64,000 bases of DNA from an uncultured Acidobacteriota bacterium (GTDB taxonomy: Bacteria; Acidobacteriota; Thermoanaerobaculia; UBA5066). Of this stretch, positions 33,041-51,320 are shown piece by piece (the stretch's first letter is position 1; every line of letters begins with the position of its first letter). A program made the translations under genes and the position numbers. The notes beneath the pieces are model-generated. The model made no database searches. It saw nothing but the letters and a program-made list of their open reading frames with translations, and was not told the DNA's origin. The stretch is from the NCBI GenBank assembly GCA_963836285.1, contig CAWIIN010000001.1:353967-417966 (forward strand), given 5' to 3'.

Positions 33041-33963
33041 CGAGGGTCCCCCAAAAGCGCTCGATCATACAGGGGGGCGTCCTCGCCCCGCGCGAGCGCG
33101 GTTCGAACGCGCCGGACGATGCGGTACACCTCCGGGCGCCCGATCTTCACGCCCGGGCCCCTCTCCTCGACCCTCGCGAGCGTCGCCCACGCGAGCGCGA
33201 CCGGGAGCGCCGTGAACTCCACGATCCCGGCGGTGGCGCCCGCCGCGCGGAGGGTGTCGATGTACTCCCCCGCGACGCCCAGGTCGCGGCGGGCAAGGGC
33301 GAAGACGTCCCCGCGCGGGACGCCGGCCGGCAGGTAGCGCCGTCCCTCGGCCGCGTCCTCGTCGGAGTCTTTCAGGATGTTGACGAGCTGGAGCGCCTCC
33401 CCGAACGCCCGAGCCCGGGAGCGGAGGTCCATGGCCACGGTTCGAAGAGAAGATTCTTCGAGTAGGAAGAGCTCCGTGAGCAGCTCTCCCACGATCCCTG
33501 CCACCGTGTAGCAGTAGGCCTTGAGGTCGTCGAGAGTGTCGAGGACGAGGCCCCCGTCACCGGTTCTTGCGACGAACCGCGCCATCCCTTCCGCCGATCG
33601 GACCACGTGGCTTCGGAGGATCGCCGCCCCTTCGGGCCGCAGCGCGGCGAACGCCTCGAAGACGAACGGCGTCTCGGAGATGAGCTCGCGGTAACCCGCG
33701 TGGCGCGAAACGCCGGCCTGCGTCCAGACCTGCCCGAGCCGCTCCGCCTCCGTCCGTGTCCCGTTCTTCAGAAGAAATCTGAAATCTCCCAGCGCCGCGA
33801 TGCGGGCCGCGGGGGGCCAGTGCGTCGCGTCCTCGAACGTGTCGGCGATGCGGAAGAGGAGGTACGCGACGGCGACCTCCCGCCGCGTCGGCTCGGGGAG
33901 CGGAGGGATCGAGAGGGCGAACGTGCGACTCGTCTTCTCGAGGAGGTCGAGGAGCTCGGGCAC
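33037..33963 (-). CDS. squalene/phytoene synthase family protein (HpnD/HpnC/CrtB-like)
   Basis: YCYTVAGIVGELLT and LQLVNILKDSDEDAAEGRRYLP (DxxxD regions). The GTG start at 33963 is chosen to avoid overlap with the divergent gene. It overlaps the dxs start by 4 nt. It contains a repeat copy at 33764–33788. Confidence 0.75.
   Translation of the reverse strand: MPELLDLLEKTSRTFALSIPPLPEPTRREVAVAYLLFRIADTFEDATHWPPAARIAALGDFRFLLKNGTRTEAERLGQVWTQAGVSRHAGYRELISETPFVFEAFAALRPEGAAILRSHVVRSAEGMARFVARTGDGGLVLDTLDDLKAYCYTVAGIVGELLTELFLLEESSLRTVAMDLRSRARAFGEALQLVNILKDSDEDAAEGRRYLPAGVPRGDVFALARRDLGVAGEYIDTLRAAGATAGIVEFTALPVALAWATLARVEERGPGVKIGRPEVYRIVRRVRTALARGEDAPLYDRALLGDPR
33764..33788 (-). repeat. solo repeat copy in-frame in the squalene-synthase-family gene (minus strand GGAGATTTCAGATTTCTTCTGAAGAAC, encodes GDFRFLLKN)
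   Basis: GATTTCTTCTGAAGAA variant of the core. Confidence 0.5.
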
Positions 33964-34048
33964 GGACGGGATGTTACCGGCTTCGGAACTCCGGCACGGG
34001 AATGCCGAGGAGGCGGTAATCTCCGCCGGAAACGACGGAGGTCCCACG

Positions 34049-35803
34049 ATGAAAAGAGGCGCGCTCGCGGTCGCGGCACTGGCCGCGCTTGCTCTCTGTC
34101 CCTCCGCGGCCCCCGCAGCCGCTGCCCACGACGGCCCGGCGGCTCCTCTCCGATTTGCGATCTCCTTTCCGAAGGACCGCAGCGCCGTCCCCCTCGACGG
34201 ACGCATCCTCCTCGTCGTCTCGAAGGACGGCTCCGAGGAGCCCCGCATGCAGGTCGGGATCGGCCTCGACACGCAGCAGATCTTCGGGATCGACGTGAAC
34301 GCCCTCGCTCCCGGCGCCGAGGCGATTCTCGACGCGACGGTCCTCGGGTATCCGCTCGAGACGCTCGCGGCGATCCCGAAGGGTTCGTACTTCGTGCAGG
34401 CCGTCCTGCACCGGTACGAGACCTTCCATCGTACGGACGGTCACACCGTCAAGCTGCCGATGGACCGAGGCGAGGGCCAGCACTGGAACCTCGCGCCGGG
34501 GAACCTCGTGAGCACGCCGCGGAAAATCGACGTCGACCCGGCCCGAAACGAAACGATCCGGGTCTCCCTGGACCGTGTCCTGCCGCCGATCCCGGAGCCG
34601 AAGACGACGAAATTCGTCCGGCACGAGCGCATCCGCAGCGAGAGGCTCTCGAAGTTCTGGGGCCGCGACATGTTCCTCGGTGCGCACGTCCTCCTTCCGC
34701 TCGGATACGACGAGCACCCGGGCGCCCGATACCCGTTCGTCATCTTCCACGGGCATTTCCCGGAGACGATCGAGGGCTTTCGCGAGGAGCCGCCCGACCC
34801 GGACCTGAAGCCGAAGTACAGCGAGAGGTTCCACGTCCCGGGCTACAACCGAATCGAGCAGGAACAGGCGTACCAGCTCTACAGGGACTGGACGTCGCCC
34901 GGCTTCCCCCGCGCGATCGTCGTCGAGATCCAGCACGCGAACCCCTACTACGACGACTCCTACGCCGTGAACTCCGAAAACCTGGGCCCCTACGGCGACG
35001 CGATCGAGTACGAGCTCATCCCGTACCTCGAGAAGAAGTACCGCGCGATCGGCGCCGGGTGGGCGCGCTTCGCGTACGGCGGCTCGACCGGCGGATGGGA
35101 GGCGATGGCGGTCCAGGTCTTCTATCCCGACGACTACAACGGCATCTACGCCGCCTGCCCCGATCCAATCGACTTCCGGGCCTACACCGTCGTCGACATC
35201 TACAAGGACCGAAATGCCTACGACGACGACGCGCCCTGGAAAAGGATCCCGCGCCCCGGGCACCGCGACTCCTTCGGGCGCATCTCGGCCACCGTGCAGG
35301 ACATGAACCGCCTCGAGCTCGTCCTCGGGACGAACGGCCGCTCCGGCGAGCAGTGGGACATCTGGCAGGCCGTCTATTCGCCCGTGGGCGCCGACGGCTA
35401 CCCGAAGCCGATCTGGGACCAGAAGACCGGTGTCATCGACAAGGACGTGGCGGCGTACTGGAGGGATCACTTTGACCTGACGGCCATCCTGAAGAGGGAC
35501 TGGGAGAAGGGCCTCGGGAAAAAGCTCGAGGGCAAGCTCAACATCTTCGTCGGCGAGGCGGACAGCTACTTCCTGAACAACGCCGTCGTCCTCGCCGAGG
35601 AGACCCTGAAGTCCGTGAAGAACCCGCCGTCCGGCGCGTTCGTGGACTACGAGCCGCGCGCCGAGCACTGCTGGAACGGGGACCACACGCGCCCGAACGC
35701 GATCTCGCGCCTGAGGTACCACCAGATGTTCCTGCCGCGGATCGTCGAGCGGATCCGGAAAACGGCGCCGCCCGGGGCGGACCTCAAGAGCTGGGACTAC
35801 TGA
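34049..35803 (+). CDS. secreted alpha/beta-hydrolase (putative esterase family) protein
   Basis: Signal peptide [26 protein letters not shown]. GxSxG-type elbow FAYGGSTGGWEAMA. Confidence 0.65.
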   Translation: MKRGALAVAALAALALCPSAAPAAAAHDGPAAPLRFAISFPKDRSAVPLDGRILLVVSKDGSEEPRMQVGIGLDTQQIFGIDVNALAPGAEAILDATVLGYPLETLAAIPKGSYFVQAVLHRYETFHRTDGHTVKLPMDRGEGQHWNLAPGNLVSTPRKIDVDPARNETIRVSLDRVLPPIPEPKTTKFVRHERIRSERLSKFWGRDMFLGAHVLLPLGYDEHPGARYPFVIFHGHFPETIEGFREEPPDPDLKPKYSERFHVPGYNRIEQEQAYQLYRDWTSPGFPRAIVVEIQHANPYYDDSYAVNSENLGPYGDAIEYELIPYLEKKYRAIGAGWARFAYGGSTGGWEAMAVQVFYPDDYNGIYAACPDPIDFRAYTVVDIYKDRNAYDDDAPWKRIPRPGHRDSFGRISATVQDMNRLELVLGTNGRSGEQWDIWQAVYSPVGADGYPKPIWDQKTGVIDKDVAAYWRDHFDLTAILKRDWEKGLGKKLEGKLNIFVGEADSYFLNNAVVLAEETLKSVKNPPSGAFVDYEPRAEHCWNGDHTRPNAISRLRYHQMFLPRIVERIRKTAPPGADLKSWDY

Positions 35804-36003
35804 GGTCCTTCTTCAAGGGAGGGAGTCCCCGACTCCCCCCTTTGGATCCCCCCGTATGGGCAGTGCCGGCAGCCCGATCCGCAGCAGCTGCCGTAGCGCA
35901 GGAGATACGTCGTCGTGAAGACCTCGTAGCCGGTCTTCGGGTCGATGTACGTGTCCTTCCCCTCGGCGAGCGCCTTCGCGTGCAGCCGGTCGATCTCGTC
36001 CAC
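35797..36003 (-). CDS. small Cys-rich protein (DUF5522-like; CCGSGCRHCPY motif)
   Basis: 68 aa with YGSCCGSGCRHCPYG. It converges on the esterase gene with a 7-nt overlap. Confidence 0.6.
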   Translation of the reverse strand: MDEIDRLHAKALAEGKDTYIDPKTGYEVFTTTYLLRYGSCCGSGCRHCPYGGIQRGESGTPSLEEGPQ

Positions 36004-36067
36004 GGGGGGATTGTCCGCTGAAGACGATGAAAACGAAGAGGACCGCCTTGCGGCGGCCCAGGGGATT

Positions 36068-36096
36068 GAAGATTTTCTTAGAAAGTAATAGGGCTG
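36068..36096 (+). repeat. dispersed repeat F copy (GAAGATTTTCTTAGAAAGTAATAGGGCTGG) preceded by a polypurine run
   Basis: It is paired with 36148–36170. Confidence 0.65.
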
Positions 36097-36147
36097 GAGA
36101 GGCGCCGCGGCTCATGGCGAGACGCGTGGATGACGTCGCCCTCCTGA

Positions 36148-36196
36148 CCACTCGAAGAAAAGGGGGATCCAAAGGGGGGAGCCGCAGGCTCCCCCC
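36148..36196 (-). terminator. rpoC intrinsic terminator (GGGGGGAGCC-tgc-GGCTCCCCCC then a T-rich run) whose T-tract merges into an inverted repeat copy (CCACTCGAAGAAAAGGGGGATCC)
   Basis: 10-bp GC stem read in the sequence 20 nt after the rpoC stop. Confidence 0.7.
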
Positions 36197-36214
36197 TATG
36201 CAGAATCCTCGTTC

Positions 36215-40438
<4,224 letters not shown>

Positions 40439-40452
40439 GTTTCCTCTTCTCC

Positions 40453-44727
<4,275 letters not shown>

Positions 44728-44769
44728 TTGGATTTCAGCTCCAGTCTGTGGATCACCGGTGGACCGGGC

Positions 44770-44824
44770 GAAAAGAAGGAGAGGGAAACGAGAGGGAAGA
44801 GAAAATCTGCTTAGAAGGGGTCAC
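44770..44824 (+). repeat. dispersed repeat F copy with a 40-nt polypurine arm (…GAGGGAAGAGAAAATCTGCTTAGAAGGGGTCAC) in the rplL–rpoB spacer
   Basis: It is paired with 44875–44908. Confidence 0.6.
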
Positions 44825-44874
44825 AGCCGCGCCGTCTCCCCTTTCGAGCTGCGCCCGCCCGGGGCTCCGCCGGG

Positions 44875-44908
44875 GCTCTTCTCTTTTTTCCTTCTAAGAG
44901 AATCCCCC
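44875..44908 (-). repeat. dispersed repeat, inverted copy (GCTCTTCTCTTTTTTCCTTCTAAGAGAATCCCCC)
   Basis: CCTTCTAAGA core plus a polypyrimidine arm. Confidence 0.6.
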
Positions 44909-44928
44909 GGCGGCGAATCCCGGCGCGG

Positions 44929-44947
44929 AGACGTCTCGGAAGACGTC

Positions 44948-44948
<1 letters not shown>
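44929..44948 (-). terminator. perfect palindromic hairpin AGACGTCT-tccg-AGACGTCT abutting the rplL stop (the rplL–rpoB attenuator position)
   Basis: Read in the sequence. The spacer is 220 nt in total, as in the rif-region attenuators of other bacteria. Confidence 0.5.
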
Positions 44949-45325
<377 letters not shown>

Positions 45326-45349
45326 GGTTCTTTCTCCTGATTCTTCGGC

Positions 45350-45892
45350 TTATGCCGCGGTTTCTTGGGATTTGGCTTTCTGTTCGGCGACCGCGGCGAG
45401 CGTCGCGGCGACGTTGCGGTGTGGGGCGGAGAGGACCGTCACGAGGCGCCTCACCGGCGACTGCATGAGGCCCAGGAGCTTGGCGACGAGCTCGGTGCGC
45501 GACGGCAGGTTTGCGAGGGTCTCGAGCTCCTTCGCGGCGACGGGCTTGCCGTCGAGGAGAGCCGCCTTGACCTTTACGTGCGGGTTCGTCTTACCGAAAG
45601 TGTGGAGGACCTTCGCGAGGGCGACGACGTCGGTCGTGCTGAAGGCGATGCCCGTCATTCCCGAGAAGTGCTCCTTGAGCGAGCCGAGAGGCTTGTCCTC
45701 CAGCGCGCGCAGCGCGAGCGTGTTCTTCACGACGACGTACTCGGAATTCGCGGCACGGATCTGGCGCCTGAGGTCCGTCACGGCCGGAACGGTGAGGCCC
45801 TTGTAGTCGATCAGGAACGCGTGGGATGCCTTTCCCACGGTCGCCGCGAGCTCGGCGAGCTCCTCGGTCTTGGAAGCGCGGGTGGTCGTCAT
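45350..45892 (-). CDS. rplJ: 50S ribosomal protein L10
   Basis: Full-length match. Confidence 0.93.
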   Translation of the reverse strand: MTTTRASKTEELAELAATVGKASHAFLIDYKGLTVPAVTDLRRQIRAANSEYVVVKNTLALRALEDKPLGSLKEHFSGMTGIAFSTTDVVALAKVLHTFGKTNPHVKVKAALLDGKPVAAKELETLANLPSRTELVAKLLGLMQSPVRRLVTVLSAPHRNVAATLAAVAEQKAKSQETAA

Positions 45893-46600
45893 TTACGCCG
45901 TCCTCCCGACGAGCTTCTCGGCGGTCGAGGGATCCACCGGGACGCCCGGGCCCATCGTCGACGAGAGGACGACGGACTTCATGTACTTGCCCTTCGCGGC
46001 GGCGGGCTTCGCCTTCTGGACCGCCGTGAGAAGCGCTTCGGTGTTCTCGACGAGCTGGGCCTCGGGGAACGAGACCTTGCCCACGGGAACGTGGATGATC
46101 GCCGTCTTGTCGACGCGGAACTCGATCTTGCCGGCCTTCAGCTCCTTGACGGCCTTGCCGACGTCGAACGTCACGGTCCCGGCCTTCGGGTTCGGCATGA
46201 GCCCGCGCGGCCCGAGCACCTTCCCGAGACGCCCGAGCGACTTCATCATGTCCGGCGTCGCGACGAGGGCCTCAAAGTCGAGGAAGCCGGCCTGGATCTT
46301 CGCGACGAGGTCGTCCCCGCCGACGTGATCGGCGCCGGCCGCCTCGGCTTCCTTGACCTTCTCGCCCGAGGCGACGACGGCCACGCGGGTCGTCTTCCCG
46401 AGGCCGTGCGGCAGCACGACCGTGCCGCGCACCATCTGGTCCGCGTGCTTCGGGTCGACGCCGAGGCGGAGGGCCACTTCGACGGTCTCGTTGAACTTGG
46501 CGAACGCCGCCGACTTGACGAGCGCGACGGCCTGGGAGACGTCGTAGAGCTTCGCCGGGTCGACTTTCGCGGCGGACGCGGTGAATTTCTTGCCACTCAT
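45893..46600 (-). CDS. rplA: 50S ribosomal protein L1
   Basis: [21 protein letters not shown]... The start was trimmed from the ORF. Confidence 0.93.
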   Translation of the reverse strand: MSGKKFTASAAKVDPAKLYDVSQAVALVKSAAFAKFNETVEVALRLGVDPKHADQMVRGTVVLPHGLGKTTRVAVVASGEKVKEAEAAGADHVGGDDLVAKIQAGFLDFEALVATPDMMKSLGRLGKVLGPRGLMPNPKAGTVTFDVGKAVKELKAGKIEFRVDKTAIIHVPVGKVSFPEAQLVENTEALLTAVQKAKPAAAKGKYMKSVVLSSTMGPGVPVDPSTAEKLVGRTA

Positions 46601-46733
46601 GGTGTGTTTCACTCCGGAGTCGGTCGCGTCCCCCGGGTCCGGCGGTGAGAAGCCCCGGGGCATCCCGGGCACCGACGAACCGCGCGCCGGGAGAGGCCCG
46701 GCGCGGGAGGCTTCCGCCTCGTTGATCGCGGCG

Positions 46734-47159
46734 TCAGCCGACGACCTCGATTCCCATGGATCGCGCGGTCCCCTCCACCGACTTGACGGCGGCGGCGAGG
46801 TCCACGGTGTTCAGGTCGACGAGCTTGAGCTTCGCGATTTCCTCGACCTGCTTTTTCGTCACCTTGCCGACCTTCGTCTTGTTCGGAACGCCGGAGCCCT
46901 TTTCGAGCTTGGCGGCCTTCTTGAGCAGGACGGCGGCGGGAGGCGTCTTCGTGATGAACGAGTACGACCGGTCCGAATACACCGTGACGACGACGGGGAT
47001 GATGAGCCCGGCGTCCTTCGCGGTCTTCGCGTTGAAGGCCTTGCAGAAGTCCATGATGTTGACGCCCTGAGGGCCGAGCGCCGTGCCCACGGGCGGAGCC
47101 GGGGTGGCCTTCCCCGCCTCGATCTGGAGCTTGACGTAACCGGTTACTTTCTTTGCCAT
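46734..47159 (-). CDS. rplK: 50S ribosomal protein L11
   Basis: [25 protein letters not shown]... Confidence 0.95.
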   Translation of the reverse strand: MAKKVTGYVKLQIEAGKATPAPPVGTALGPQGVNIMDFCKAFNAKTAKDAGLIIPVVVTVYSDRSYSFITKTPPAAVLLKKAAKLEKGSGVPNKTKVGKVTKKQVEEIAKLKLVDLNTVDLAAAVKSVEGTARSMGIEVVG

Positions 47160-47174
47160 GGTTGCTGCCTTCTC

Positions 47175-47762
47175 TCAGAGCTTCTGAACCTGAACGAACT
47201 CGAGCTCGACCGGAGTCGGGCGCCCGAAGATGGTGACGAGGACGCGGAGCGTCGAGCGCTCGAGGTTGATGTCCTCGACCGTGCCCGTGAATTCCTTGAA
47301 GGGGCCGTCCGTGATCTTGACCTGCTCTCCGCGCTCGTAGACGTAGCGCGGCTTCGGCTTCTCCTTGGACTCGGCCGTGTGGTGGAGGATCGAGTCGACC
47401 TCGTCCTGCGTAAGCGGGACGGGCGCCTTCGACGAGCCGCCGACGAAGCCCGTGACCTTCGGCGTGTTGCGCACGAGGTGCCACGTCTCGTCGGACATCT
47501 CCATCTGGACGAGGACGTAGCCCGGGAAGAACTTCCGCTCGACGTTGCGGCGCTTTCCGGCCTTCATCTCGACGACGGTCTCCTTCGGCACACGGATCTC
47601 GCCGAAATGGACCTCCATCCCGAGCGCCTTGATGCGGTTCTGCAGCTCCGTGACGACACGGTCCTCGAACCCGGAGTACGTGTGGACGATGAACCAGTCC
47701 ATGTGCGGTGCCGCCGCGGCCGGGGCCGCGCTCACCTGTTCCTGGGGATCGACTTCGCTCAC
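47175..47762 (-). CDS. nusG: transcription termination/antitermination factor NusG
   Basis: NGN plus KOW domains. Confidence 0.93.
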   Translation of the reverse strand: MSEVDPQEQVSAAPAAAAPHMDWFIVHTYSGFEDRVVTELQNRIKALGMEVHFGEIRVPKETVVEMKAGKRRNVERKFFPGYVLVQMEMSDETWHLVRNTPKVTGFVGGSSKAPVPLTQDEVDSILHHTAESKEKPKPRYVYERGEQVKITDGPFKEFTGTVEDINLERSTLRVLVTIFGRPTPVELEFVQVQKL

Positions 47763-47786
47763 CGCTGTGCCTTTATCGGTTACGTC

Positions 47787-47999
47787 TCAGCCGCCGAAGG
47801 CGGCGAAGAGCTTGTTCACGAGCGGCGTGACTGCCGCGTCGACGAGGAAAAGGAAGATGCCCACGAGAACGGTGTAGACGATGACGACCATCGTCGTCCC
47901 GACCACCTCGTCCCTGTCCGGCCACGAAACCTTGGCGGTTTCCTTCTTGACGTCCGAGAGGAAGCCGCGGAAGGTGGTCCAACGTTCGGTGAAGTTCAT
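47787..47999 (-). CDS. secE: preprotein translocase subunit SecE
   Basis: Single C-terminal TM helix; conserved location. Confidence 0.88.
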   Translation of the reverse strand: MNFTERWTTFRGFLSDVKKETAKVSWPDRDEVVGTTMVVIVYTVLVGIFLFLVDAAVTPLVNKLFAAFGG

Positions 48000-48064
48000 G
48001 TCGTTTCGTTCGTCCTTCGTCTCGATTTCTGTCCGTCGTCTCGTGTCGTGATCCCGGCCGAGGT

Positions 48065-48142
48065 TGGCAGGGGTGCGGGGATTCGAACCCCGAACCTACG
48101 GTTTTGGAGACCGCCGCTCTAGCCAGTTGGAGCTACACCCCT
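48065..48142 (-). tRNA. tRNA-Trp (anticodon CCA), CCA-encoded
   Basis: Manual fold: AGGGGTG acceptor, anticodon loop CUCCAAA. Confidence 0.9.
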
Positions 48143-48175
48143 GTGCGTCGTCGCGGGAAAACAAGCTGCGTGAGA

Positions 48176-48250
48176 TGGAGCGGGAGACGGGATTCGAACC
48201 CGCGACCAACAGCTTGGAAGGCTGTGACTCTACCCCTGAGTTACTCCCGC
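48176..48250 (-). tRNA. tRNA-Gly (anticodon TCC)
   Basis: GCGGGAG acceptor, anticodon loop CUUCCAA, GGTTCGAATCC T-loop. Confidence 0.88.
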
Positions 48251-48316
48251 TCAAGAGAGCGACCGGTGCGGAGAAGGCTCGGGAGAACCCGACCCCCGGG
48301 CTCTCCTGATGATAAA

Positions 48317-48392
48317 TGGAGCCCACGAGCAGATTTGAACTGCTGACCCCGTCCTTACCAAGGACGTGCTCTACCAACTGAGCTACGTGGGC
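48317..48392 (-). tRNA. tRNA-Thr (anticodon GGT)
   Basis: GCCCACG acceptor, anticodon loop UUGGUAA. Confidence 0.88.
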
Positions 48393-48438
48393 AGGATCGA
48401 GCCTCAGTGGGGGGGTCCGGGGGGATAGTACCCCCGGG

Positions 48439-48459
48439 AAAAAATCAGCCGGCAGCTGA
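48439..48459 (-). terminator. intrinsic terminator after tRNA-Tyr (UCAGCUGCCGGCUGA + UUUUUU on the minus strand)
   Basis: Hairpin plus a 6-T run read in the sequence. Confidence 0.6.
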
Positions 48460-48484
48460 CCACCATCTTTCGCTCCGCGAAAGA

Positions 48485-48572
48485 TGGTGGGCAGAGAGGG
48501 ATTCGAACCCCCGTAGCACGTCAGTGCGGCAGATTTACAGTCTGCTGCCATTAACCACTCGGCCATCTGCCC
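48485..48572 (-). tRNA. tRNA-Tyr (anticodon GTA), long variable arm
   Basis: GGGCAGA acceptor, anticodon loop CUGUAAA. Confidence 0.88.
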
Positions 48573-48618
48573 ATTCCGTCCTTCATCCGTCCCTTGTCCG
48601 GCCCCCGGAGGCTGTTCC

Positions 48619-48694
48619 TGGAGCTGGCGATGGGACTTGAACCCGCAACCTGCCGATTACAAATCGGCTGCTCTGCCAATTGAGCTACGCCAGC
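48619..48694 (-). tRNA. tRNA-Thr (anticodon TGT)
   Basis: GCTGGCG acceptor, anticodon loop UUUGUAA. Confidence 0.88.
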
Positions 48695-48847
48695 ACCCGC
48701 ATTCCCAGCCAGAGAGAGCTCAACCGTGCGACCCGATGACCTTGAAAACACGAAGACCGCACGGCTTCGCGCACCCGGCGAGGCGCGAATCAAGGGTTAT
48801 ACCAGTCGCTCGGAAACCTCGTCAAGCCATTTTCATGCCGCAGTTCG

Positions 48848-49561
48848 TCATCCGGACTGCCGCCGAACCCATTCGTAGAGGAGGATCCCGGCCGCGACCG
48901 AGACGTTTAGCGAGCCGGACCCCGCGGCCATCGGGATCGACAGGATCCGGTCGCAGGTCTCGCGGGTCAGGCGTCTCAGACCCGTCCCCTCGGAGCCCAA
49001 GCAAAGAACGGCGTCGCCGGAAACATCGACTTTCCAGAGACTTTCGCCCGCCATCGCGGCTCCGTAGATCCAGAAACCGGCCTCCTTCGCCTGCTCGAGG
49101 AAGCGGGCTGCGTTGACGACCCTGCCCACCCTGACCCGCTCCAAAGCCCCCGCCGCGGCCTTTGCCACCGCCTCGTTCAGGCCGGCCGAGTGCCTTTCCG
49201 TCAGGACGACCGAGGCCCCCGCGGCCGCCGCCGTGCGGAGGACGGCCCCGAGGTTCCCCGGATCGGTCACCTCGTCCAGGAAGAGGACGCAGCGGGCGCC
49301 CTTCGGACCGGCGAGGCACGCCTCCACGTCGTCGTATTCACGCTCGGCGACCCGGGCCGCGACTCCGTTGTGGGCCCGCCCCGCGACGCGGTCCAGCTCC
49401 TCCTTCGCGACGAGGCGCACCGGGACGCCGGCGCCGCGCGCGAGCTCCTCGATCTCCGAGGCCCGCGCGTCCTTGCGCCCGCGCTGCACGAGCAGCGCCT
49501 CGATCGCGCGCGGTCTCTTTTCGAGGACCTCACGGACCGGGTGAAAGCCCGACACGATCAC
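48848..49561 (-). CDS. rlmB: SpoU/TrmH-family rRNA 2'-O-methyltransferase (RlmB-like)
   Basis: SPOUT motifs (VFLDEVTDPGNLGAVLRTA, LCLGSEGTGL, SLNVSVAAGILLYE). The GTG start at 49561 is inferred. The ORF-table N-terminus overlaps ispF. Confidence 0.8.
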   Translation of the reverse strand: MIVSGFHPVREVLEKRPRAIEALLVQRGRKDARASEIEELARGAGVPVRLVAKEELDRVAGRAHNGVAARVAEREYDDVEACLAGPKGARCVLFLDEVTDPGNLGAVLRTAAAAGASVVLTERHSAGLNEAVAKAAAGALERVRVGRVVNAARFLEQAKEAGFWIYGAAMAGESLWKVDVSGDAVLCLGSEGTGLRRLTRETCDRILSIPMAAGSGSLNVSVAAGILLYEWVRRQSG

Positions 49562-49566
49562 GGTCT

Positions 49567-50043
49567 CTACTCGGCCGCGTCGCCTTCGGCAAGCAGGACG
49601 ACCGTGGCGGCGACGCCTTCTCCCCGGCCGAAGTCCGTCAGGCCGTTTCCCGACGACGCCTTCACGGAGACGCGGTCCACCGGAATCCCGAGGAGGGCCG
49701 CGATGTTCGCGCGTATCGCCTGCCGGAACTCCGCCACGCGCGGCTTCCCGGCCAGGATCGTCACATCCACGTTCAGGATCTGCGGATGATCCGTCAGGTC
49801 GCGGACGTGGCGGACGAAGGCCTCCCCGCCCGCGCCCGACCACTCGGGACGGTCCGTCCCGAACACGGTGCCGAGGTCGCCGGCGGCGGCCGCCCCGAGG
49901 AGCGCGTCCGCGAGCGCATGCAGAACGACGTCGCCGTCCGAGTGGCCGACGGGCCCGGCGTCCGACGGAATCGCGACGCCGCCCAGCACGCACGGCCGGC
50001 CGGGGGCAAGCCGGTGGGCGTCGAAGCCGTGTCCGATCCTCAT
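49567..50043 (-). CDS. ispF: 2-C-methyl-D-erythritol 2,4-cyclodiphosphate synthase
   Basis: MRIGHGFDAHRL...GHSDGDV... The start was trimmed. Confidence 0.9.
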   Translation of the reverse strand: MRIGHGFDAHRLAPGRPCVLGGVAIPSDAGPVGHSDGDVVLHALADALLGAAAAGDLGTVFGTDRPEWSGAGGEAFVRHVRDLTDHPQILNVDVTILAGKPRVAEFRQAIRANIAALLGIPVDRVSVKASSGNGLTDFGRGEGVAATVVLLAEGDAAE

Positions 50044-50047
50044 CGCG

Positions 50048-50731
50048 TCACGCGCCGGCCCGGCCGAGCCAGGCCTCGGCCCACGCGAGGTCCTCGGGGT
50101 ACGTGATCTTGATGTTCCAGCGCGACGTGAGGACGACCGTGACCTCGCCGCCGGAACGTTCCACGAGTTCCGCGTCGTCCGTCGCCTCGGGTCCGCCTTC
50201 CTTCGCAAGGCCCTTGCGGAGGATCGCGGCGCGGAAGGCCTGCGGCGTCGTCGCGGCGACGAGGTCGCCTCGCGACACGGTCTCGCGGATCTTCCCGGCC
50301 TCGACCCTCTTGATCGTCTCGACGATGGAGAAGCCCGCGATCGCCGCGCCCGTCGCGTCGGCGGCGTCCACGACGGCCTTCACCTCGAGCGGGTCGACGA
50401 GAGGCCGCGCCGCATCGTGGACGAGGATGAGTGCGTCGTCGTCTTTCGGGTCGGCCGCCGCGAACGCCCGGGCGACGGACTCACGGCGTGTGACGCCGCC
50501 CTCGACGAGAACGTACGGGAGGGGCGCCGGGCTGAGCGCGGCGTGGAAGTCGGCGTCACAGCCGCCCGGAATCGCGACGACGGCCGAGGCGACGCGCCTC
50601 GACGCCGCGAGCCGCTCGAGCGCGTGGACGATCAGCGGCTTTCCCGCGAGGAGGACGAGCGCCTTCGGACCGCCCTCGTGGAAGCGAGTGCCGAAGCCGG
50701 CCGCCGGGACGAGAGCCGTGGCCTGGCTCAC
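50048..50731 (-). CDS. ispD: 2-C-methyl-D-erythritol 4-phosphate cytidylyltransferase
   Basis: VPAAGFGTRF motif. Confidence 0.9.
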   Translation of the reverse strand: MSQATALVPAAGFGTRFHEGGPKALVLLAGKPLIVHALERLAASRRVASAVVAIPGGCDADFHAALSPAPLPYVLVEGGVTRRESVARAFAAADPKDDDALILVHDAARPLVDPLEVKAVVDAADATGAAIAGFSIVETIKRVEAGKIRETVSRGDLVAATTPQAFRAAILRKGLAKEGGPEATDDAELVERSGGEVTVVLTSRWNIKITYPEDLAWAEAWLGRAGA

Positions 50732-51291
50732 CGGGCGAAGACTTCCACTTCTTTCGTCTTGAGGATCTGGTCGACGTCGCCGACGCTCTTGTCCGTGAGC
50801 TTCTGGACGTCGTCGAGCGCCCGCTTCTCGTCGTCCGCGGAGACACCGGACGCCTTCGCGTCCTTCTTGATCGCATCGTTCGCCTCGTGGCGATGGTGCC
50901 GGATCTCGACCCTCGCGTGCTCGGCGAAGCCGTGAGCCTTCTTGACGATCTCCTTGCGCCGCTCCTCGGTGGGCTGCGGGACGGGAATCCGGACGACCTT
51001 GCCGTCGGACGACGGGTTGAGCCCCAGGTCGCTCGTGCGGATCGCCTTCTCGATCGCCGGACAGAGCGAGGGCTCCCAGGGCACCGCGAGCAGGAGCGTC
51101 GCGTCCGGCGCCGAGAGGTTCGCGACCTGGTTGAGCGGCGTGGGCGTCCCGTAGTACTCGACGAGGATCCCCTCGAGGAGGCCGACGGAGGCGCGCCCCG
51201 TCCGGAGGTGCTTGAGCTCGTGCTTGAGCGCCTCGAGCGCGGCGTGCATCCGCCTCTCGGCTTCCTTCTTGGTCTCGGCGATCGTCGGCAT
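50728..51291 (-). CDS. frr: ribosome recycling factor
   Basis: Full-length match; ATGA overlap with ispD. Confidence 0.93.
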   Translation of the reverse strand: MPTIAETKKEAERRMHAALEALKHELKHLRTGRASVGLLEGILVEYYGTPTPLNQVANLSAPDATLLLAVPWEPSLCPAIEKAIRTSDLGLNPSSDGKVVRIPVPQPTEERRKEIVKKAHGFAEHARVEIRHHRHEANDAIKKDAKASGVSADDEKRALDDVQKLTDKSVGDVDQILKTKEVEVFAR

Positions 51292-51320
51292 GGGCGTCTC
51301 CTTCTCCGGCGGGCGGGGCC

